DNA from: Veleropilina oligotropha
Lineage: Eukaryota
NCBI GenBank assembly: GCA_048128005.1
Contig: JBEUKZ010000115.1
Location: 434,001-498,000 of the forward strand
Length of the DNA: 64,000 nt
Reading direction: 5' to 3'
This document shows positions 12,624-22,971 of this stretch, piece by piece; position 1 is the first letter of the stretch, and each line of letters begins with the position of its first letter. A program made the translations under genes and the position numbers. The notes below the pieces were generated by a model, which ran no database searches, was not told where the DNA came from, and saw only the letters and a program-made list of their open reading frames with translations.

Positions 12624-12937
12624 CTGAGCTCGTCGCGAGCGCCGGCAACCCTAGGGCCGCGGCTTCCCTCTCCCGCTCTGACGGGATTTCGTCGGAGGTG
12701 CTGGCTTCGCGACAGGTTTCTTGGCCTGAGAAGGCCGACCCGGCGAAGGTTTAGCACGCTTGGAAGGCGTATGAGACCGGGACGGTCTCGAGCGCTTCCT
12801 AGAGGTAGCAGCCGGCGTACTCCGAGGAGTAGCCAAGACTGCCTTCTCGATCGCGCGATCCTTGAGGTCAGCCGCTCGCTTCTCGACAAATTCAGGGAAT
12901 TTGTCTCCGAAGAGAGTAGAGGCCGACAACGGTACAC
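10574..12937 (-). CDS. DIRS pol: reverse transcriptase, RNase H and methyltransferase-like domain
   Basis: FLVPKPDGRWRPILDL, CLPFGLSSAP, YLDD, FTDASNEGWG, HINFLELEAV, TDNTTVV, DLFAT...YAFPP. True start uncertain; the first RT Asp reads N (SINLTDAY). Confidence 0.92.
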   Translation of the reverse strand: MYRCRPLLSSETNSLNLSRSERLTSRIARSRRQSWLLLGVRRLLPLGSARDRPGLIRLPSVLNLRRVGLLRPRNLSRSQHLRRNPVRAGEGSRGPRVAGARDELSCTLPPVGACLLEYSLSWLEMTEDNWVHSVVSAGYKLAFDRHPTLDATPPPGRARLLIGEKQAVLDQAVQDLLSKRAIYPAPPSTPGYYSHFFLVPKPDGRWRPILDLSFLNQYLRTEKFKQETLSKIRTAIRPGDWAASINLTDAYLHVPMHVSAHRYLRFVHGGTVYQFRCLPFGLSSAPYVFTRVVQALGAFLHSQGHRVHMYLDDWLILGASRDQCLQSMSVTLSSAKRLGLQINNDKSCFVPSTTFIFLGVEFDTVRYTAKPTQKRIENLRAVILETKSSRITTARRLATVLGHIESVAPLLPTGRMDKRPLQQAFKDHWIQRTGQWTDRIDLRHWFNRTTAVWLNTTLPSQSVPISPPEPNAYLFTDASNEGWGGHLDSHETSGLWPTDLQGRHINFLELEAVFYLSVQSLSSHLRDKHIMLATDNTTVVAYIQHQGGTRSRPLCDRAIDLHRLVMSLNSSIRARHIPGKLNVRADTLSRKTQIIHTEWTLHARVARDVCRLWSQPQVDLFATEYNHRLPLYVSPYPDPAAIAVDALSMRWENLIAYAFPPSCMLAQVLRKATREDCELTLIAPLQRTQSWFPTLLDLLIDQPRALPQMTDLLSQLRSRVLHPSASEFHFHAWRLSRDRSSRKAFLERQPSAFTDLEDNLQQGYMTTDGRNFWIGVAGGKSIYSAPL

Positions 12938-14882
12938 AACGTAGAGACTGCCGGGTGGCGTCTTCTAACGTGGTGCCGTCTAGGCAAGCGTCTCTACGAA
13001 GTAGGACAGCGTTACCTAAGGATCGGGCTGACTCCGACGCGGAGTTCTCCGTGGAGGCGGCAACCTCTTCGAGAAAGGACAGTGCGATCTCACGAGCGCG
13101 GGGTCCGTTCTCTTGTAGTACGGTAATGGCTCCGTCTAGGAAAAAATCCTGGATAGAGGCATGCCGTAGAGCTCGACGGGCGGAGCTCTCAAAGCCCTCC
13201 ATGGCGACCCATGGAACTTTGACCACTGAGGGAGCTGTGCTGGCCGACAGTCGACGCATCGCTGCATCGATCTGAACCGGCTCAGTCTCCAGACACGCCC
13301 CAGAGCATCCGATCGAAATCGGACGCCTACTGGGTCGGAGGTACTTTCCTTTACGCAGACCACTAGGGTACTCCGTTAACGAGGAAGTCTCCACCGATTT
13401 GGATCCCTGAATGGATTTGGTCGCCGAGTCGAGGACGAGCGAGACCAACCCAGACTGGGGTAGGGTAGGAAGCAGGGGGGCTTCCGGCCCATCAAACCGA
13501 CGTGCCGCTGTCCTGTGCCTGACGAAGCCTACCGGCAGAGCCGGGTCTGGCAAGTCTAGCACCCCGCGAAGCGACGCGACAGCGTCGTATCTTCTGCGGG
13601 TGGCGGAGATGGTCTCATGCGTGCCAGACTGACTACAAGAGTCGTCTGGTCCGACCGATTCAGGGAGGTCAGAGTGAGTAGAAGCACTGTCCTCGTCGGA
13701 ACGAGGATCGACTTCCATCACCGAAGCATGAGCCGAGCCCGGCGTTACGGTCAGAGACGTTGGGACCTGGGGCGGCTGGGTAGCCGGTTGCCAGGACCTA
13801 CAACGTGCCTCGACTTCCATCGCAATCATAGCCTGGACGTTCTCCATAGAGAAACACGGAGGCATGACGGACGTCGGACCAACAGCCATTGGTCCGCTCG
13901 AGGTTACCGTAGCGCATGGTTGACGGGCTGCACGGACAGGTGGAGCCGAGTACCAGGGACTCGGGTTACCTGTCGGGAAACCGCAGCCAGGGAAACGGCC
14001 CAGAGGCGCGTTAAACGGTGCGAACGACCCGTAAGACTGCGACCACAGTCCATACGGGTCTGTAACCCTGCTCGGGTGAGGCACGGGGGTATACCCGCCG
14101 TACGCCTCAGCCCCGAACGCAGCCGGTCCTACCACACCACCCGGGACGTCTTGATAAGAATCGTCAGAGGAGGTTGGCCGTCCATCACTCTCGTGGGCTC
14201 CGACGGTGGCGGGATTAGCCTTTAAGCTAGCGCCGTTGTCGGACGAGAGGACGGGTTGCGTCGAGCGTCTGGAACTTCGACCACTTTCGTGGTGCCCAGC
14301 AACTGTATCGACTTTCTCTGCTAGTCTCCTTCGCCTCTTTTCAGAGGTTACTTGACTCACAGAAGGACTAACGCTGCCTTGCTCCTCCGAGGCCGGAGGA
14401 GAGGAAAGGTTTTGTCTGCCCTGTACAGCTTTTCGCCGCGGCGCCCGATGTATCTCACTGGCCGGCAAGATACTTTGAGCAGCGGTTACTAGGCCCAAAG
14501 GAGAGGTATCGGTCGGCACTCGGGCCCTTACCTGAATCTGAGATCCCGACGATTCCGGGACTTTCCCCAAAGTCTCAGAGGTGTCGTCGAGCCCACCACG
14601 GCTACCGTCGAGAGGGTCTGAAAGAGAAAGTGACGGGTTAAAACCTGTCTCTAGCCTCTGGAGCTTCTCGGTGGATGCCCCCTCGGAAGAAGATACCCTG
14701 GTTGTCTTCTCCGAAGGGAAAAGAGTCTCCCACTGCCGATCCGTCAGTGCTACGCAATGCCCACATGGATGGTCCTTATCGCTAGAACATACACGGTGAA
14801 AAGTGCATTCGGAGTGCTTGTCAAAACCACGGATTTTCTGTCTGCACTCGGAAACACTGCAATGCTTCATAGCTACGCACAC
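12651..14882 (-). CDS. DIRS gag-like ORF1
   Basis: 743-aa ORF upstream of and overlapping pol; N-terminal Cys/His cluster (CSVSEC...H..C..H..C...CGHC), Ser/Pro-rich middle, LLRRD...LFG motif, basic C-terminus. Confidence 0.85.
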   Translation of the reverse strand: MCVAMKHCSVSECRQKIRGFDKHSECTFHRVCSSDKDHPCGHCVALTDRQWETLFPSEKTTRVSSSEGASTEKLQRLETGFNPSLSLSDPLDGSRGGLDDTSETLGKVPESSGSQIQVRARVPTDTSPLGLVTAAQSILPASEIHRAPRRKAVQGRQNLSSPPASEEQGSVSPSVSQVTSEKRRRRLAEKVDTVAGHHESGRSSRRSTQPVLSSDNGASLKANPATVGAHESDGRPTSSDDSYQDVPGGVVGPAAFGAEAYGGYTPVPHPSRVTDPYGLWSQSYGSFAPFNAPLGRFPGCGFPTGNPSPWYSAPPVRAARQPCATVTSSGPMAVGPTSVMPPCFSMENVQAMIAMEVEARCRSWQPATQPPQVPTSLTVTPGSAHASVMEVDPRSDEDSASTHSDLPESVGPDDSCSQSGTHETISATRRRYDAVASLRGVLDLPDPALPVGFVRHRTAARRFDGPEAPLLPTLPQSGLVSLVLDSATKSIQGSKSVETSSLTEYPSGLRKGKYLRPSRRPISIGCSGACLETEPVQIDAAMRRLSASTAPSVVKVPWVAMEGFESSARRALRHASIQDFFLDGAITVLQENGPRAREIALSFLEEVAASTENSASESARSLGNAVLLRRDACLDGTTLEDATRQSLRCVPLSASTLFGDKFPEFVEKRAADLKDRAIEKAVLATPRSTPAATSRKRSRPSRSHTPSKRAKPSPGRPSQAKKPVAKPAPPTKSRQSGRGKPRP

Positions 14883-15665
14883 GGGTAGGTAGGAGATAGG
14901 GTTTTTGAAGTGATAAGGATATTTCCCGGGTAGTTTACCAAATTACTACTACAACCTCGATTGTACCTGATCCGAGAGTTGGAAAAGGCTGAAATACGCT
15001 TAGAACTTACGGCGGATTATATGCCCAAAAACACAGACTTTATATTTTTACTTTTTAAAAACCAGTCGGTCAACGAATTGAGAAACGGGAGGTCTTTCTT
15101 TTCAAGAAACCGCCCTTTTACACCTAAAAACCTCTTGGATGTATATATATCAATTTGTTAGAATTCGGCGTGCTATCCCCGATTTAGCAGATTTACCAAA
15201 ATAACGCTAGTTAAATTCCAAACAATCTGCTGTTCAACGACGATAAATTTGATTACATAAATTTATAGCAAGAAAAAAGTCGTTGAGGAATTATCGTATA
15301 TATAAATGAAATGCAATGCAAATTCAAGCAATATCAATAAAACAACTCTCTCATGACTCCTCAGTAATTGCTAAAGAGCTTCCTTCTTTAAATATCCCTC
15401 TGAGCGTCCTCTTTTCTTTCTGATCAGAAGTCCAAGATGGCGTCGTCAATGGAGGGTGTCGATTTCGTTTTCTGTCTTTTGTTGACAGGAAAAACTTCTA
15501 AGAAGGCTTTATTCAGGAGGAGACTCTCAGTCTTTCCACTAAACGTGTTTACAACACTATATATGATCTTATGAGCTTTAAGATTTTTAAATCGGGCTCG
15601 AAAAAGATCGAAAATCACAAAGATTGTGGAGCAAAGTAAAACGCGACTTGTTCAATCGAGCGGAA

Positions 15666-15881
15666 AACTTCGGATGAGGTCTTGACCCTTGGGTCACGCG
15701 GATCTCGCGGGAGTTGGCGAGCTCTTAATAGACATGAACTGGAGGAGGTCGAGCAGGTCAGTGGGTCAGCTGGGTTAAATTTACTAAAAAGTGCGAAATT
15801 ACCATTTCCACCTTGTCCGGATTTAGCGATAATAGGCTTATTATGGCATTAGTAAGGACGTAAGTATATTTGATATAGATA
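15666..15881 (-). repeat. DIRS 5' inverted terminal repeat
   Basis: Reverse complement of 8677-8881. Confidence 0.92.
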
Positions 15882-16786
15882 CATAGTGTCACACACATAC
15901 ATGTAACACTAATTCATTTGATACAAAATCTCCTTCTAATCTATGGTATTTTCAACTGTTCACTGGACTGTCAATATTAAAAGATTTTTAAAACTACACT
16001 ATCTTGTTATGTTTTCTTCTCAGAATACCATTATTAGTCAACTATTACATGAATTTTAAGTTGCATTGGGTTTTAAAGCCCTTTGGCCAGATGCACTTTA
16101 GGCTCGTGGTCAAAATAATCTAGAATATAATGCTGTGTGGAAAATGACTGTTGTGTTGTGTTGACCGCTTTGGTTTACCAGCATCATGGGACAAGAAACA
16201 AGGAAACAATTTAACACAGCCTTAGTTGTTTAATCTGATTATCTATGAGTCTATCCTGCAGCCTGATTATTAATTAACATTTCGATTACGATAATTTGAT
16301 TTCACAAATTACTAATCAAAGTGAACACCAATTAATAATTGGTCAGACAAGTATAAATGTAAAACAGAAAATCAAATTCGCAGAAGAAAATTCAGGTGAA
16401 TCGTGCATCTATTGTAATCACGTGGTCTGGTTACGAGACTTCGTTGTGCTGGGTACGTTTATGTATATACCGGGTACTGTAATGTAAAAACGAAATTATC
16501 TGCGTACATATATGTATACATAAATGTACACTGGGGTACATGTCTGTAGTACCCTGGCCTTCAAGGCTTGACGACATCGACGCGACAACAAGCCACAGAA
16601 TGGTCAAGATACATTGAACCAATAAAACTGTCAATAAACTTTTTGGAAGAAGGAATGCATTTCTATTAAATATTATATAAATACGTAAACAGTTACCTTT
16701 CCGAGTCGATATGTTAGCAAAGCAGCACTTTCGCCACCATCTCAGTGGCTTCTTCAGTGCTGTGTGACGTCATTCCTTAGTCACAT

Positions 16787-17066
16787 GATCGTCAGCAACG
16801 ATCATGTGACAGCAGTTGGCTGTAGATGGCCGGCAGGTCATAGATCATCAGCGACGATCATGTGACAGCAGTTGGCTGTAGATGGCCAGCAGGTCATAGA
16901 TCATCAGCGACGATCATGTGACAGCAGTTGGCTGTAGATGGCCAGCAGGTCATAGATCATCAGCGACGATCATGTGACAGCAGTTGGCTGTAGATGGCAA
17001 GCAGGTCATAGATCATCAGCGACGATCATGTGACAGCAGTTGGCTGTAGATGGCCAGCAGGTCATA
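16787..17066. repeat. 56-bp tandem repeat x5 within the Penelope 3' end
   Basis: Unit gatcatcagcgacgatcatgtgacagcagttggctgtagatggccagcaggtcata. Confidence 0.9.
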
Positions 17067-17408
17067 TCCAGTGTCACGTTTCAGGGTGGGGGCTCACGTT
17101 AATCTTCCTCCTCCACAGTTGGGCCTCTCTGCTAACCACCTTGGCATCAGTGGACTGGATTGGCTTGTGAAAGGTAGATACACTGTGTTCTCGGAAGATG
17201 TGGCAGAGCTTTTCTGAGAGTCCCTGTAAGTACGGCAAGGCTACACTGGGTCCTCGATGGTCAGATTGGGTTCCCGAAGGCTTGGGCTTGTGCGTGGAAG
17301 TTTAAACACCCAAGTGGGATAGCCGTTGGCGGTGAGTGCACCCTTGACGTGTGCTACTCCTCTGATTTGTCTTGGTCGTGAGTGTCGAAACCATCTACAG
17401 CCAACTGC

Positions 17409-18240
17409 TGCCGTGCGTTCAGGATCGACTTTTCAGAAAAACGTTTTTCACGCTTGTTAAACGCTCTTTGGTGTTGAAAACGTTTTACAAAATGGCCGTC
17501 TTTATCGACTTGATTTAACGATCAACGAATGTGCTAATGATAACACCTTTACGCCTGCCAATCCATCAATTAGGAAACTTCCATGCTATTAGAGCTGGTC
17601 CGTGTTTATCACTACGGGACACATCAATCTGATTCGAAGGCTATATATTGACACTATCATCCGGTATTACAGAAATTTTGAATAAATAAATAAAATTATT
17701 ATAGAACTTCAAAACGACAACATCGACAATTCTTGTAAAATCCGATTGTTAGTAAATAACAGCGACATTTGTTTCCTTTCGCGTCACCAGCTGCTGCTTG
17801 ACATATCGGTCATTATCATTGTTTACATAATATTAAATTTTCATACATTCCAATGCAAATCGCTGAATTGCATAGTTATCTGCCCTTGCTAGAATTTGTC
17901 GAATACAGCATATATGCATAAACAAGTGGTAAAGCACCATAAGCTATCAGTAGAAACTTTAGACTAAATTATTTTCTTCTAAATTTACATATTATTTCGA
18001 TTAAGACTCTGATTAATAGTTTGTGACTCCCAAATGCATGCAAATGTCGCAAAATAAATTTGACATTCAGTCCTTTATTCACAATCGGTCTATCGTTCGC
18101 CATCTTGGTCGCGCGGCGTGTAACCTACGAAGGTTGCACGCCGTGTGCAAAACATTTTCAGAAAGCGCTCTGTAATTGAATGGCTAAACGCAAAACGTTT
18201 TGTGATTTAGACAAAACGTTTTCATCCTGAACGCACGGCA
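17409..18240. mobile_element. MITE / non-autonomous TIR element
   Basis: TIR tgccgtgcgttcaggat / atcctgaacgcacggca; interrupts the pLTR sequence ccaactgctg|tcacat. Confidence 0.8.
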
Positions 18241-18291
18241 GTCACATAATCGTCCTAGCGACGGTCATGTGACTAAGGAGTGATGTCACAC

Positions 18292-18337
18292 AGCACTGAA
18301 GAAGCCACCGAGATGGTGGCGAAAGCTCTGCTTTGCT
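18292..18337 (+). ncRNA. Minimal hammerhead ribozyme motif in Penelope pLTR (second copy on - strand about 16717-16762)
   Basis: CTGAAGA-a-GCCACC-gagat-GGTGGC-GAAA core, short stem III, stem I agca/tgct. Confidence 0.65.
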
Positions 18338-18684
18338 AACATATCGACTCTGAAAGGTAACTGTTTATACGTATTTATTATATTATTAATTATAACATCA
18401 TAATAGAGTCCAGTAACAATATACATAGACTATTAGTATTATTAAATATTAGTTTTAAACTTTGCAATTAGTTTTAATAATTTATATATGTACATATATA
18501 ATATGTTATATCCGAGTGCTCGTTTCTAGGTAGCACCTACAACATATTATTTATACATTATGTTTTAGACCATCACTGATCTTTACTGATTAGTTTTCCA
18601 GATCCAGACAAATAATCCACGTTCTAAGTGGCAAATCACAAATCATTATCAAGAGCATCTACCAGCACAGTAACCAGTCCACAC

Positions 18685-19090
18685 GCATACAAATCCCTAG
18701 TGCGTCCCATACTGGAGTATGGCCAGACTGTTTGGGATCCTTACACCTCAGGGCTTGTTCACAAACTCGAAATGGTACAAAGAAGAGGAGCACGTTACGT
18801 CTTGAGTAGATATCGACGAACATAGAGTGTCGGAGCCATGATAACCGAGTTAAACTGGCAGCCACTAGCCCAGAGACGTAGAATTTCCAGACTTACCATG
18901 TTTTATAAAATTATTATCATCTTGTTACAACCAGTATGCCATTCATGTCGAAACAGCATCCTCAACCCAGCCGCACCAAAAACACACTGGCATACCAAAT
19001 TCCCCACTCAAACACTGACTATCATCGCCAATCATTTTTCCCAAGAACAGTCAGGGATTGGAACTCTCTCCCCCAGGACACAGTACTAAT
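18685..19090 (+). mobile_element. Non-LTR retrotransposon 3' fragment (CR1/L2-group-like)
   Basis: AYKSLVRPILEY..VWDPY, LEMVQRRGAR, SFFPRTVRDWNSLP across frameshifts. Confidence 0.8.
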
Positions 19091-19332
19091 GGGTACTCCT
19101 TCAAGAGTGCCATTCAATCACGGGTCATTGGTGTTATTTGGTATAAAGGAACATATACCAATGCAAGTAAGTGATAAACTGTAGTTACTTTATTGAAATT
19201 TAGTATTTTTCGCCACGGGCCGTGATTTTCACCATTAGAATATTCTGCGGTGAGAAATTTTAGCTCAGCCGTTCGAGTCTGATCAGGAGCTATAGCAGGC
19301 TCTAACGTTGTTGGAGTAGGGTACGCCTAGCC

Positions 19333-19972
19333 TAGTCCGATAAATCTGCCCCTATTTACAAGCTCGAAATCCTGACGGTCGCGTGTATAGGGTCGCCGCT
19401 ATTAAAAAAGCGTGGATCTGTAACCCAAATCTAGCGACAGCGATATCGACACCTTAAACGTGCCATACGGCGAATCTTTCGATACCCACATATCAATAAA
19501 CCATTTCACACTCACCTGACTTTATTGTTGATCAATCCTAGTGATATAAGTCACATTATAAGCTTATATTGTTACTCGAAGCGTGTTTATTTGAAGGCCA
19601 TTGACAAAACGAAACCGTTCGCATCAACCAATCAAAGCGGGTTAACCAACCGGAAACCCGCTTTGATTGGTTGATGCGAACGGTTTCGTTTTGTCAATGG
19701 CCTTCAAATAAACACGCTTCGAGTAACAATATAAGCTTATAATGTGACTTATATCACTAGGATTTATCAACAATAAAGTCAGGTGAGTGTGAAATGGTTT
19801 ATTGATATGTGGGTATCGAAAGATTCGCCGTTTGGCACGTTTAAGGTGTCGATATCGCTGTCGCTAGATTTGGGTTACAGATCCACGCTTTTTTAATAGC
19901 GGCGACATCTGACCCTATACACGCGACCGTCAGGATTTCGAGCTTGTAAATAGGGGCAGATTTATCGGACTA
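19333..19972. mobile_element. 640-bp foldback element with 9-bp TSD (AcademH- or MULE-like, non-autonomous)
   Basis: Near-perfect palindrome TAGTCCG...CGGACTA with an ~11-bp loop; CGCCTAGCC duplicated at 19324-19332 and 19973-19981. Confidence 0.85.
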
Positions 19973-20356
19973 CGCCTAGCCATACTACAACAACGTAGGG
20001 TATGAAAGGCACGTCAACCCGGTCTCATATGCTACTGGTCATGGGTACTCCACTGCATGACCTGCAGTTCAGGGAGCAGCGCCCCTGCCCTGGGTAGCTT
20101 GTTTATACTTTTTCGAATGTTTTAAAATTTTATTACTAACCTATTATTACAAGTTATTTGTTTACTAACATTGCGCACCACCTTAAGTGCAAAATGGAAG
20201 AACACGGATTTGTGTAATTAAATACAGTATTATACTGTAAGACAGAATACTTTTAACTTTAAATTAATATCCACATTTACAAACACCAAGAAAATAATTG
20301 AAGCATATACGAGAAGCATAGATGTATCAGTCTCATCGCTAGGATAAAATAATTAC

Positions 20357-20374
20357 ATTTTCTTCTCCAGTCAT
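20357..20374 (-). CDS. NAA38: NAA38 putative first coding exon (MTGEEN)
   Basis: aaaATGACTGGAGAAGAAAAT followed by a GTAATT donor, phase 0 matching exon 6201-6099; lies at the promoter shared with CYB5D1. Too short to confirm by homology. Confidence 0.6.
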
Positions 20375-20671
20375 TTTTCGGGACCATACAAAAGTTGGAT
20401 TACCTTTCACCATCCGCAATAAAAATGGGAAATTAATGTCTGTGCTCTCCTAATTTACTTGATATTGATAGTATCATGATATTTTAAACAAATATATATA
20501 ACTAGATGTTTATTGTGGCAATAACTGTACAATTACATAAACGTGTTCCTTTCCATATCAGCGCGTTCCACGTTTTATGTATTTGTTATAAGCATGCGCA
20601 ATTGTTATTTCCGGTTTGTTTGTTGATATTAGCAACCACTCGCTAGACACTGACAGTTGTCACTTCTCATC
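20375..20671. promoter_or_regulatory. Putative bidirectional promoter NAA38/CYB5D1
   Basis: 297 bp between divergent ATGs; RFX X-box-like GTTGATATTAGCAAC (20622-20636), NRF1-like GCATGCGCA (20592-20600), ETS-like TTCCGG (20609-20614). Confidence 0.55.
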
Positions 20672-20792
20672 ATGGGTCGACCAAAATATTTTACCCCTAA
20701 TGAAGTTGCTATTCACAATACTTTAGATGATATATGGGTCTCGTTTTTGGGTAGAGTTTTCAACCTAACGTCATTATGTGAAAGTATGAAAG
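20672..20792 (+). CDS. CYB5D1: Cytochrome b5 domain-containing protein 1, exon 1
   Basis: [42 protein letters not shown] donor, phase 1. Confidence 0.92.
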
Positions 20793-21348
20793 GTCAGTAA
20801 AACTCAAGAATTTATATTTTCTCATCGAATCTTAGATAGGCCGTAATTGATTATTTAGTAAAATTATTCCAGATTTAACATAGTTTGATGATATATAATA
20901 TGTGCATAATACAATGATTTTGCAATAATGTCATGTCGGCCCTGCAATAGCACGATTCACATAATGATTATGATAACCGTTAAAACCTTGCATTGTTAAA
21001 ACCTCCTGAGGTATGAAAATAAATATAACATGAAGACATCTGTGCATTGATGGGGAAATACTAATGCGGTTAATTCTGAAAATATGTGAGAACTTAAAGC
21101 ATTGATTCTCTACGAAATCACTGTATGTATGACAAGTTGATGCTGTTGTGTGTTTTTACGTTATACTATGCTCTTGTTCTGGTGTGCGCTTTCCTGGGAA
21201 TATCGTCAGTATGCACCTCATTTTTTATCATGCATGATCTTAATGAATAGTTAGTACCAGATGAAGTCCGGTCTCATTGGTGGTGATTGGTTATTTAGTG
21301 TTCCTCTAAATTTAGTCATACTGTTTCCAATGACTTGTCTTTGCTGGG

Positions 21349-21612
21349 AGGGAGGGAGGAATGATGCTTAATGTCCTGTATATTTACAACATCGAGGTTC
21401 AAGGCAGGACATGTCCGTGTTATCGCGGGAGGAAACCCTGGTCGCCCGGGTAAACCCGCACTCTTCGGCCAGTCACGGACAACTGTGATTCATAACTTGA
21501 ACAAATGTCAATGCCTCAGCCAGGTATTGAACCCACTACTGTTCGCATTAGCGGAATCAAGCCAGTGAATTTAGAGTGGACACTCTTACCCACTGCGCTG
21601 CCGAAGTGGCCG
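21349..21612 (-). mobile_element. Full-length tRNA-derived SINE with 13-bp TSD
   Basis: A-box-like GGCAGCGCAGTGG, B-box-like GGTTCAATACC, (TCCC)n tail; TGTCTTTGCTGGG duplicated at 21336-21348 and 21613-21625. Confidence 0.85.
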
Positions 21613-21767
21613 TGTCTTTGCTGGGTGTGAGCGGGTTTTCCCCAGTGATCACGCATCAAACCAGACCAGGTGAAGTACATGTCAATCTCCATGGTTACAC
21701 CATAGCTGTCAATCGACTCGGCTGACTGCACTGATTCTAGGCTTTCGTCCCAATGGTAATATGTATG

Positions 21768-22698
21768 GGTTATATCACGAGGTTTGGTTGTCTAATCGGA
21801 GAAGACTGCAGTTAATTAAACCACGAGGAGCATAGCCCTGAGTTGTTTAACTGCACGGGCTTCTCTGATTAGACAACAAAAACCGAGTGACATAACCGAC
21901 TTAAAGCATTGGAAGAATGTAAACAAATTTAAGATATATGATTTTAATGAACCAATAAACTCATTTTTTCTCTAAGAAAGTAGTCCCCCTTGGTCTAACA
22001 TACAATATGGTTAGTTAACTCTTTGGAGTCGTAACATATAATGCAAAAATGTTGCTCTGAGTCGCGCGATTTTGATCAGTTTGGTCGCAGTAATACTAAC
22101 ACTGAACATATTATAATATGAAAACTATATATATTCTGAAAGGTCAGTATTAGGAGAGTACAATAAATGTTCAACAATTTCGATATCACGTGATTACCAA
22201 AAAAACAATGACGTCACATGAACACGTGGTCATGGCATAAAAATAAGACAAAATTCACGTATATAAACGTTATAAATGATATACAGCATAGTAATTTGGG
22301 TTGATAATCATATACCAGATGAAATTATTACAGGGAATTATAAAATAAAGGCAGGAAAATATGATTAACGACTAATATAAACATTATGACGTCACATTTT
22401 GACCATTTGCTCATGAGACAACACGTGGATATTTATAGCTCAATACAATTATTTCATGGTACAAGGGAAGCAACTTTGTTTGGATTATCAATCGAGTATA
22501 GTTGTAAATGACGTTGAAGTCGTAGAACGACTGTATTCGTCTCAAATATATAGTGTATAGTGACGCCAACACAAAAACGAGTTAACTCGTCCTTCGACCT
22601 TTGTGAAATGGCTGGGAAGACGAGTATACTCGTCGTTCGAGCTCAAAGAGTTAAATCACAGGCTAAGACAACAGAATGGTGTCACAACAATGGTTTAA
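21768..22698 (+). mobile_element. Non-autonomous Crypton-type element (hairpin-ended), interrupted by a TTAA MITE
   Basis: Imperfect hairpin 21768-21897 followed by TTAAAGCATTG, inverted partner CAATGGTTTAA at 22688-22698; related fragments near 24270-24400 and 36200-36530. Confidence 0.6.
22019..22650. mobile_element. piggyBac-like MITE
   Basis: TTAA TSD at 22015-22018 and 22651-22654; ends CTCTTTG/CAAAGAG. Confidence 0.75.
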
Positions 22699-22971
22699 GT
22701 TTCAATATTACCCTAGATATCATATATTAATCTGACATGTTACAAAAAAGATAAACTACAGTTAAAATCAAATCAGTCTTTGTACATGCACTACTGTCAT
22801 AGCAGCATTGTTATGATCTGTGAGTCTCATTATCTGGAGCATTGAATGAAAGTCGCACAATAATTGGATTCATAATCCAGTCCAGCATGCTTCCCTGATG
22901 GACGAAGAATGGGACAGTCTGACCTCTTTCTTTGGAAGCAAAGAATGATGTTGCAGTTGTTGTGTTGATGG

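Larger units (their letters stand above)
8639..15881 (-). mobile_element. Full-length DIRS1-type tyrosine-recombinase retrotransposon
   Basis: ITRs about 8677-8881 and 15666-15870; internal complementary region 8954-9036 pairs with both termini; gag, RT-RNaseH-MT and YR ORFs on the - strand; ATA/TAT trinucleotide at both ends. Confidence 0.95.
6628..16549. mobile_element. Non-autonomous TIR DNA element (TA-flanked) hosting the DIRS insertion
   Basis: About 55-bp imperfect inverted repeats CTACAGACATGTACCC...AGATAATTT at 6628-6682 and 16494-16549, each flanked by TA. Confidence 0.55.
16678..18376 (-). mobile_element. Truncated Penelope-like element with inverted pseudo-LTR
   Basis: Minus-strand remnants HVKGALTANGYPTWVF and VALPYLQGLSEKL..IFREH; the 3' end (16678-16830) is repeated in inverted orientation at 17390-18376, split by a MITE. 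Confidence 0.8.

Noticed and set aside
9978..14799. Plus-strand ORFs across the DIRS
   Set aside because: Antisense shadows of GC-rich coding sequence; no recognisable motifs.
8639..15881. Prokaryotic retron, DGR or phage integrase system
   Set aside because: RT-RNaseH-MT-YR with ITRs and ICR is fully explained by the DIRS1 superfamily.
16787..17066. CRISPR-like repeats next to an RT-family element
   Set aside because: Head-to-tail 56-bp units without spacers, derived from the Penelope 3' end.
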